32,000 nucleotides of DNA from Nostoc punctiforme PCC 73102. GTDB taxonomy: Bacteria; Cyanobacteriota; Cyanobacteriia; Cyanobacteriales; Nostocaceae. Positions 17,972 to 24,781 of this stretch are shown here, one piece after another. How positions within the stretch are numbered: position 1 is the stretch's first letter; every line of letters starts with the position of its first letter. The notes beneath the pieces were generated by a model. That model saw nothing but the letters and a program-made list of their open reading frames with translations, ran no database searches and was not told the DNA's origin. Where the stretch lies: NCBI RefSeq assembly GCF_000020025.1, contig NC_010628.1, positions 3,480,001 to 3,512,000 of the forward strand. Reading direction: 5' to 3'. Made by a program: the position numbers and the translations under genes.

Positions 17972-20288
17972 TAATATTATCCTCAAATGTTTCTAAACTC
18001 TTCAAAAGACATATCGCAGATTCATAAGTTTCACTAACTAATTCATTTGGCTCTTCTTGGGGAGTATCTATAAAATTATCTGCTAGAGAGCGGAGAGAGC
18101 TAAGTATGAGATTCAGAGAAGTTCTAAACTCAACTGAGAGATGATTAAAGCTTTGATAATAGTTACTGATGACATTTTGATTTTGGTCAGAAATTGAAAG
18201 AATCTGCCCCCTTATTTGTAAGTTAATCACATCCTCAAAAATATCAATGGTGTTGAGAATTCTCCAGGCTGATTTATAAGAGTCTTCAATTAGTTTGTGC
18301 CGTTCTTGAGAATCGTCTCCCAGATCATCAAGTAATAAGTATAGGAACCCAATCATCGAGTTCAACTGTGTCCGAATTTCGTGAGAGATGCGGAGCGAGC
18401 TTTGATTGTGTTTAGTAGCGGCTTCAGGACGATCGACAAATTTCTTTGAGTTTAGGCGCATTGCCTTAAGAATTTTTGTCTGAATCAAGTTTTTATTAGG
18501 GCGATCGCTAAATTGCATTGAGTACAGGCGTGAGTAGTAAGCACCTTTTTGCAAAAGTTCTTCATGGGTTCCCACTTCTACTACCTGTCCTTGATCTAAT
18601 ACAGCTATTTGATCGGCTTTTTGGACTGTAGAAAGGCGGTGAGCAATAACTAGGGTGGTGCGATCGCGACTAAGATCGTCAAGTGCAGATTGTACTAATC
18701 GTTCGGAAACGGTATCTAAAGCGCTGGTGGCTTCATCTAAAATCAGAATTTCGGGATTTTGGAGGAGGGCGCGGGCGATCGCTAATCTTTGCCTTTGTCC
18801 ACCAGACAACATTACCCCGCGATCGCCAATTAGGGTGTCAAATCCTTGAGGCAATTTGCTAATAAACTCATAAGCATTTGCCCGCTTTGCTGCTGTCAAA
18901 ATCTCATCGTCAGTAGCCTGTGTTCGCCCATAAGCGATGTTATTTTGCACTGAGTCATTAAAAAGAAAGGTATCTTGACTGACAATCCCCATCCGCTTCC
19001 GTAGGGATACTAGATCGAACTCCCGCAAATCGGTGCCGTCAATGGTAATACTGCCAGCGATCGGGTCATAAAATCTGGGTAAAAGGTCTGCCAAGGTAGA
19101 TTTACCAGCCCCAGAACCGCCTACCAATGCTAAGGTCGTACCACGCGGTAAATATAAATTTACATCTTTGAGTACCAACTTTTCATGACCAGGGTAGGCA
19201 AAGCAAAGAGAATTAAAAGACACTCCCTTTTCTAATTTTGTGTAGGGAAGCTTACCTTTCTCCATGAACGGCTTATCGTGCAAGCTCAAAAACTCATTCG
19301 TCACATCCACACTAGCTGCGGTACTGGCAAAGTTGCTGCGAATAGTATTTAACTGAGAAATCAATGGCAGTACTCGCAGCAGCACTAATAAATATGTCAA
19401 TAGTACGGTAGAAAGCGAAGAAACCTGTTGAGCAAAGAAGGTTTTGCTCAAAAGTACAATCAGCAGTAAAGCTGTAATACCCATTACCTCACTTAGAGGT
19501 GTAATGGCTTCCGAATTAACTTGAGATTGGAAATCTGCTAATTCGCGATCGCGAATTAGTTTTTTAATCCGTTGATATTCTTTTTCTTCATTTCCCGTCG
19601 ATTTTACCAATCGAATTCCGTTCAGAGTTTCCAGTACGGAGACAGAATATGCTCTAGACATCTCACTCAGCTGCTTCCCAAAATTTCTTGACCGGGAAAT
19701 AGCATACTGGTTTACTAACGTCACCAACGATAACAAAAGCGTAGCAGCAATTGTCAACTGCCAAGAAATTGACAGCAACAAACTGACAAAAACTAAAATT
19801 GTGATTGCCAGGATAACTATCTTGACGATACTACCTATAGAACTTGCAGACCGACCAATTTCTCCACCAAGACGGTTGATTAAATCTCCGACCTTAGTTT
19901 TGGCATAATAATCTATATCAATTTCTAGTAATAGCTTTAACCCAGTTTCGCGCATATCTGATGTTAGCTTTCGGGTTAAAGAACTCGATGCTAATGAACT
20001 GGCATAAGTAGCTAAATTCTTTAAAATAATTGTGAAAATAATCGCCCCAGCCATTACTCCTATCCGGTAAGGCTCTGGAGTATTATCAAAGGGAGATATC
20101 ATCGTTTTTAGGATAGGAGGAGCAGTACTTAAATCTACTTCTTGTCCCACGATTTTTAAAACCACTGGCACAATTAAAGCGGTGCTAATCCCATTAAATA
20201 AAGCTCCAGAAAATCCTAACAATATTGTCAGTAGAATCAAACCTGGATAGGGCCTAGCGAATCGTAATAGCAGTTTTCTGGTAGACAT
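17964..20288 (-). CDS. ABC exporter half-transporter (6-TM domain + NBD, MsbA/PglK type) with a C-terminal tandem HisKA/DHp-like extension
   Basis: 774 aa. N-terminal TM domain, Walker A GGSGAGKST, signature LSGGQRQR, Walker B ILILDEATSALD. After the NBD ends (...YSMQFSDR, about aa 590) the tail has an H-box LRISHEIRTQLNSMIGF (His636, nt 18381-18383) and a second, degenerate copy LSVEFRTSLNLILS (Val719). Confidence 0.9.
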   Translation of the reverse strand: MSTRKLLLRFARPYPGLILLTILLGFSGALFNGISTALIVPVVLKIVGQEVDLSTAPPILKTMISPFDNTPEPYRIGVMAGAIIFTIILKNLATYASSLASSSLTRKLTSDMRETGLKLLLEIDIDYYAKTKVGDLINRLGGEIGRSASSIGSIVKIVILAITILVFVSLLLSISWQLTIAATLLLSLVTLVNQYAISRSRNFGKQLSEMSRAYSVSVLETLNGIRLVKSTGNEEKEYQRIKKLIRDRELADFQSQVNSEAITPLSEVMGITALLLIVLLSKTFFAQQVSSLSTVLLTYLLVLLRVLPLISQLNTIRSNFASTAASVDVTNEFLSLHDKPFMEKGKLPYTKLEKGVSFNSLCFAYPGHEKLVLKDVNLYLPRGTTLALVGGSGAGKSTLADLLPRFYDPIAGSITIDGTDLREFDLVSLRKRMGIVSQDTFLFNDSVQNNIAYGRTQATDDEILTAAKRANAYEFISKLPQGFDTLIGDRGVMLSGGQRQRLAIARALLQNPEILILDEATSALDTVSERLVQSALDDLSRDRTTLVIAHRLSTVQKADQIAVLDQGQVVEVGTHEELLQKGAYYSRLYSMQFSDRPNKNLIQTKILKAMRLNSKKFVDRPEAATKHNQSSLRISHEIRTQLNSMIGFLYLLLDDLGDDSQERHKLIEDSYKSAWRILNTIDIFEDVINLQIRGQILSISDQNQNVISNYYQSFNHLSVEFRTSLNLILSSLRSLADNFIDTPQEEPNELVSETYESAICLLKSLETFEDNINV

Positions 20289-20600
20289 TGGGTATTTCTA
20301 TGCAATTTTCACTTATTAATATTATTCACAAATCACTTGCCAAACTTGCTAATATCAAATAAAACAAAACTAAATAATTTTCAATATCCCAACAAAAGAA
20401 GCAGTTATTGCTGGAAGAATATTGCCCGATCGCAAGGGGAGATTACAAGAGCGATTTTTTCCTGTCGCCATCAAAGTTAGCTTGTGGTTTGAGTCCTCAC
20501 AACTTTTGTATGGCCTCAATTTACCCAAGATTGAACCCCCAACTGAAAAGTTCCTCTACCTCCCACTTTCTTCAATTTACGCTTCCTTCCATATTAATAT

Positions 20601-21764
20601 TTACAACTGAGAAATTACCGACTTTAATACCGAAGCCATAGCCTCTATACTATAGTGTTCTACACATCTTTTTCTGGCGTTGATACCTTGCTGGTTTGCT
20701 GACTCTAAATTCTGAAAAATCCATTGAATCTGTTCAGCAATCTGCTCAGGACAAGCAGGATCGACTAAATAACCAGTATCACCTAATATTTTGGGAATAT
20801 CTCCAACGCGCGTTGATAATACAGGTTTAGCCATTGCCATTCCATCTGTCAACTTCAGGGGAAATTGAGCGCGAGTTTCTGGGGTATCTCGTTGGGGAAC
20901 AACTACAATGTGAGCTGCTGCTACTAAATCAGGCATTATATCCGCTGGATATTTTGGTAATTTGATAATCCAGCGTCCCCATTTTCGTTGAAGTTGCCGA
21001 TCGTAATCATCATAAGGACTGCCACCTACAATCACTAGTCTTAAGTCTGGTTGATTAATTTTATCGAGCGCTATGAGAACATCTTCTAGACCTTTGTAGG
21101 GTCTTGGCGCACCAGGAAACATTAAAATACGATATTCAGATAAACCATAACGATTTCTGCTGGACTCAGCATCATATCGAGCAGGATCAAATAAAGCAGT
21201 ATCCTTACCATTGGGAACAAATGTACCCCCAAAACGCTGCTGCAAAAATTTAGTATGCACCGTCACCGCATCAGCACTATTTACCAAACCTTCCATCCAT
21301 TTTACGTATAAAGGATGATAAGGATTCCTGAGTGCGCCGTCTGATTTAAACAAGTCCCTGACTAATTGTTTGGGTGTGAAACGATAATGCCAGTCATCGC
21401 CACCATACCAACTGAGTTCCCAATCATCTATGTCTAAAATTAATGCTTTTTGGCTAAATATTTTCTTGAGTAGGGCGACTCCAAAACTCGCTATTTGTGG
21501 TTTTATTGCATAAATTATATCTCCATTGATTTTTGGTAAAAATTTGTGAATTTCTCCGAAAAAATCGGGAAAATTTTTACCCGGCAAATTATAAACGTTT
21601 AATTCTGATGGCAAATTTCGATATAAGTTATTTCCAAATAAAAACCCCATGATTTCAACTTCGTATTCTAAGTTTCTTAGGGCTGTTGCTATCAAGTATG
21701 CACGCAAAATAGCTGCACTTGATAAATCTGAAACCAACAGCGATATCTTGGAAAAATTTTTCAC
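20601..21764 (-). CDS. GT4-family (GT-B fold) glycosyltransferase
   Basis: 387 aa. C-terminal GT-B donor-binding region (VVVPQRDTPETRAQFPLKLTDGMAMAKPVLSTRVGDIPKIL). Confidence 0.8.
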   Translation of the reverse strand: MKNFSKISLLVSDLSSAAILRAYLIATALRNLEYEVEIMGFLFGNNLYRNLPSELNVYNLPGKNFPDFFGEIHKFLPKINGDIIYAIKPQIASFGVALLKKIFSQKALILDIDDWELSWYGGDDWHYRFTPKQLVRDLFKSDGALRNPYHPLYVKWMEGLVNSADAVTVHTKFLQQRFGGTFVPNGKDTALFDPARYDAESSRNRYGLSEYRILMFPGAPRPYKGLEDVLIALDKINQPDLRLVIVGGSPYDDYDRQLQRKWGRWIIKLPKYPADIMPDLVAAAHIVVVPQRDTPETRAQFPLKLTDGMAMAKPVLSTRVGDIPKILGDTGYLVDPACPEQIAEQIQWIFQNLESANQQGINARKRCVEHYSIEAMASVLKSVISQL

Positions 21765-21782
21765 TGTTTTTATACTTAATAT

Positions 21783-22625
21783 TTATTTAATGCGCCAAGG
21801 ATTTGTAACTTGATTCGGTAAAAATACTTTAGCGAATCTGTCAAAAACCCTTGTATATAAGGAACGACTAATATCTTTAGCATATTGAGGCCGATAAGGA
21901 TAAGTACAGTGAAGAACTTTAATTGTATCCTGAATATCATAAGCATCCTGCCACTTGCTGAGATAATTATAGGTTGGTGGTAAGATTTTCTTATGAGGTT
22001 GTACAGATGCGATCGCAGAAGCAAAAGCCCCTTGATCTTTTAAAAGCAATTTATCTTGATTATTTTTGACAATCTCAAAATAACGTTTAAATTCGTCAAA
22101 AAATATTTTGGTTACTTCAGTTTTCCGAAAAGCCATAAAACCGCCATTATACTGCACACTATCTGCTTGTAATGGTAATCCTACCGATTGCAAAATTGGC
22201 AGAACGTTTGGCAAAAGTTCTTCTTGTTTACCACGTAATAAGTTTGTAGCTTTAAGAATAGAAGGTTGCACATCTTCGGTTAGTAAAAACTCATATTCAT
22301 CTAAATAGTCAAATACATCATTGATGTTTGTAAGTAAACAAATATCTGAATCTAGGTAAATCGTTTTATCAAACTCAGAAGCCTCATATAGAGCCAATTT
22401 TGCTTGCCGCGATGCTAAAACAGTATTTTCGTTTGCTGGTGCTGGTTTTAAAATTACATTTTTGAACGCCTTAAGCAAGGGATAAAGAACTATTGGAACT
22501 TGGTCAATTAAAATAATGATTGGCTCTTGATGAAACTTTCTGACTGCTGCTAAAAAATGAATACAATCTTGAAACGAGTAAAGCCCAGTTAGAATTGTAA
22601 TAAAACCTTTAGTTGGTGTTGACAT
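21783..22625 (-). CDS. GT8-like DxD glycosyltransferase-family protein (first gene of the operon)
   Basis: 280 aa. Ordered GT8-type motifs TIYLDSDICLL, YNGGFMAFRK, KDQGAFAS, VLHCTYPYRP. No TM segments. Confidence 0.6.
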   Translation of the reverse strand: MSTPTKGFITILTGLYSFQDCIHFLAAVRKFHQEPIIILIDQVPIVLYPLLKAFKNVILKPAPANENTVLASRQAKLALYEASEFDKTIYLDSDICLLTNINDVFDYLDEYEFLLTEDVQPSILKATNLLRGKQEELLPNVLPILQSVGLPLQADSVQYNGGFMAFRKTEVTKIFFDEFKRYFEIVKNNQDKLLLKDQGAFASAIASVQPHKKILPPTYNYLSKWQDAYDIQDTIKVLHCTYPYRPQYAKDISRSLYTRVFDRFAKVFLPNQVTNPWRIK

Positions 22626-23030
22626 AAATCCAATGAATAATTTTTGTTGACTTTGAAAATTAGATAAGTATTTATTTATAAAATCTTACTTTAGTTTGAG
22701 TGATAGTTAAATTCGATAGAGTAGAGATCAGCAAAATATGAATTTGAATATTGATTATGTTTAAGCAAAAAAATATTAAAATAAATTTAACTTTATATTT
22801 ATAACTATTCCCAGAGAAAATTCACTGATAAATTCATCTAAATTTTACTTTATTTAAGTATAATTACCGTGTAAACACAAAAGTATAATATTCATAGGTA
22901 ATATTGCACTATAACTATAATAAACAAAGTATAAACACTTGATATAGCTTGTGAATGTAGCACTATTATTCACTGGAATCTGGGATTGCTACTCAATACC
23001 AAACATTTATGTTGTAAGGGAGCAGAGGTA

Positions 23031-23804
23031 ATGCAGGTAATCCGTCTGGAAGCACTCTCAGACAACTACATATTCTTGTTATATGACGACAAACGTAATA
23101 TCGCGGCTGTTGTCGATCCAGCAGAGGCTCAACCAGTATTAAAGAAACTGGCAGAGTTAAAAGCTGATTTAGTAGCAATTTTTAACACGCACCACCATAA
23201 CGATCATGTAGGTGGTAATAAGCAATTAATCGAAAAATTTCCCCAACTGATAGTTTATGGAGGAGCCGAGGATCGTGGTAGAATTCCGGGACAAAAGGTA
23301 TTTTTGCAACAAGGCGATCGCGTCGAGTTCGCAGACCGCATAGCTGAAGTTATCTTCGTTCCTGGACATACCCGTGCTCACATCGCTTACTACTTTCCAC
23401 CTCAAGAAGCTAGTGAGACAGGCGATTTGTTTTGTGGTGATACCCTATTTTCCGGCGGTTGCGGTCGTTTATTTGAAGGAACACCGACCCAAATGGTAGA
23501 TTCTTTAAGCAAACTGCGTTCTCTACCTGATAATACACGCATCTGGTGTGCCCACGAATACACATTAAAAAATCTGCAATTTGCCTTAACTGTAGATGGC
23601 GACAACGCTGACTTACAAAGACGCTTCAACGAAGTAAAAGCTTACCGTAGTCGAGGAGAAGCTACCATTCCCTCACTGCTAGGAGTGGAGAAGCACACCA
23701 ATCCCTTTTTACGTTGGGATCAGGCATCATTACAATCAACTGTTAAGAGTAGTGATGGAGTGCAAACCTTTGCGCGGATAAGAGAAATGAAAAATAACTT
23801 TTAG
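23031..23804 (+). CDS. gloB: Hydroxyacylglutathione hydrolase (glyoxalase II)
   Basis: [17 protein letters not shown]..., metallo-beta-lactamase [10 protein letters not shown] motif, and C-terminal NPFLR. ATG 23031 is preferred over the ORF-track TTG 22986 because GGGAGCAGAGG lies just upstream. Confidence 0.9.
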   Translation: MQVIRLEALSDNYIFLLYDDKRNIAAVVDPAEAQPVLKKLAELKADLVAIFNTHHHNDHVGGNKQLIEKFPQLIVYGGAEDRGRIPGQKVFLQQGDRVEFADRIAEVIFVPGHTRAHIAYYFPPQEASETGDLFCGDTLFSGGCGRLFEGTPTQMVDSLSKLRSLPDNTRIWCAHEYTLKNLQFALTVDGDNADLQRRFNEVKAYRSRGEATIPSLLGVEKHTNPFLRWDQASLQSTVKSSDGVQTFARIREMKNNF

Positions 23805-23806
23805 GT

Positions 23807-23873
23807 ATTGGGCATTGGGCATTGGGCATTGGGCATTGGGAATTGGGAATTGGGAATTGGGGATTGGGAATTG
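23807..23873. repeat. STRR-type heptamer tandem array (ATTGGGC x4, then ATTGGGA x5)
   Basis: Direct reading. About 9.5 consecutive heptamers begin 3 nt after the gloB stop. Confidence 0.85.
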
Positions 23874-23876
23874 AAC

Positions 23877-24001
23877 ATGAAGAAGAGACAAGGGAAACAA
23901 GGAAGAGGGGGTAGACAAGAGAGAGACTTGTTCAATAATTCCCCCTTGTTTCCCATACCTCCCATGCCTCTCATGCCTCCCCTTCCCCCTTGCTTCTTCT
24001 C
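23877..24001. repeat. Purine-rich/pyrimidine-rich dispersed element (copy 2)
   Basis: Same conserved blocks as 3792-3896: ATGAAGAAGAGACAA and TTGTTCAATAATTCCCC. Inverted ends GAAGAAGAG (23879-23887) / CTTCTTCTC (23993-24001), with an inner pairing GGGAAACAAGG / CCTTGTTTCCC. Confidence 0.7.
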
Positions 24002-24159
24002 AATCCTTTCAACTTTTTAGTGGGAATAGTTGCGATCGCACCCTTCCTTTCGCTACGATCTGTAAGCTTTAGGGTGTAGGCCAAGAAGCTTGGAATACAG
24101 CAGTGACATTGTGAGCTATCAAGCCTTACCCAAATTAATCAGATTTTACAGGAAAAACG

Positions 24160-24618
24160 ATGGCGAAACGCGTACAGTTAGTTTTAAATCAAGATATCAG
24201 CAAGCTGGGGAAATCTGGCGACTTAGTGGAAGTAGCTCCTGGCTACGCTCGTAATTATCTGATTCCCCAGAAATTGGCAACTAATGCCACTCCTGGTATT
24301 CTCAAGCAAGTAGAACGCCGTCGCGAGCAAGAGCGTCAACGGCAATTAGAACTCAGACAACAAGCTCTTGAGCAAAAAGAATCTCTTGAAAAAGTTGGTA
24401 GCTTGACAATTGCCAAGCAAGTTGGTGAAAACGAAGCAATTTTCGGTACTATCACCACCCAAGATGTTGCAGATGCAATTAAGGCAGCCACCGGTCAAGA
24501 AGTGGATCGGCGTGGAATTACCATCCCCGATATTAACCACCTTGGTACTTACCAAGCCGAAATCAAGCTGTATTCTGATGTAGCGGCACAAGTCGATATT
24601 CAAGTCGTCGCTAGTTAA
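24160..24618 (+). CDS. rplI: 50S ribosomal protein L9
   Basis: 152 aa. The N-terminus [40 protein letters not shown] is the canonical L9 N-domain. Confidence 0.92.
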   Translation: MAKRVQLVLNQDISKLGKSGDLVEVAPGYARNYLIPQKLATNATPGILKQVERRREQERQRQLELRQQALEQKESLEKVGSLTIAKQVGENEAIFGTITTQDVADAIKAATGQEVDRRGITIPDINHLGTYQAEIKLYSDVAAQVDIQVVAS

Positions 24619-24660
24619 CTCAGAAGGGGGACGAGGGAGCAGGGGTAATAATTCTTAACT
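24619..24660. repeat. Partial copy of the G-rich element (GGGAGCAGGGG + AATAATTC)
   Basis: GGGAGCAGGGG (24635-24645) is identical to 3750-3760 and is followed by TAATAATTC. It sits immediately after the rplI stop. Confidence 0.45.
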
Positions 24661-24665
24661 CTGCC

Positions 24666-24730
24666 AATTTTAGATTTGGAATTTTGGATTTTTGATTGAA
24701 GAAAAAATCTAAAATCTAAAATCTAAAATT
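24666..24730. repeat. STRR hairpin (AAATCTA heptamers and their complement)
   Basis: aattttagattt (24666-24677) pairs with aaatctaaaatt (24719-24730). The inner arms are about 12/16 complementary. The right arm has three tandem AAAATCT units. Confidence 0.7.
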
Positions 24731-24781
24731 GCATAACTCCCATACTCCCGGCTAGCAAAATCGTCAAAACTAAAATCGTTT

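Noticed and set aside
20480-20560. tRNA-like fragment (GGGGGTTCAATCTTGGG on the minus strand) in the intra-operon gap.
   Set aside because: It only loosely resembles a T-arm (GGTTCGAATCC). I could not fold any acceptor, anticodon or D-arm complement around it.
21776-22024. 82-aa ORF 21776..22024 (-), overlapping the 3' part of the GT8-like gene in another frame.
   Set aside because: It lies within the longer 21783..22625 ORF, which carries ordered GT8-type motifs. It is an alternative-frame shadow ORF.
11138-22625. HIP1 (GCGATCGC) depletion as evidence that the glycosyltransferase locus was recently acquired by horizontal transfer.
   Set aside because: By eye there are no HIP1 sites in about 11.1-14.7 kb or 19.6-22.0 kb. 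However, the ABC exporter gene alone carries five, and three more (about 14704, 15824 and 16926) lie in paralog 2, the GT10-like gene and the GT4 gene. The pattern is patchy and the counts are too small to support a claim without a proper compositional analysis.
22986-23030. The ORF-track TTG start at 22986 for gloB, which would add [15 protein letters not shown].
   Set aside because: The ATG at 23031 is preceded by a purine-rich SD-like GGGAGCAGAGG and gives the canonical MQVIRL... glyoxalase II N-terminus. The extension has no homologous counterpart that I recognise.
23807-23873. Whether the tandem repeat arrays (23807-23873, 24666-24730, 27421-27507) could be CRISPR arrays.
   Set aside because: The repeat unit is only 7 nt, the repeats are contiguous with no spacers, and no cas genes are nearby. 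These are STRR-type heptamer repeats.
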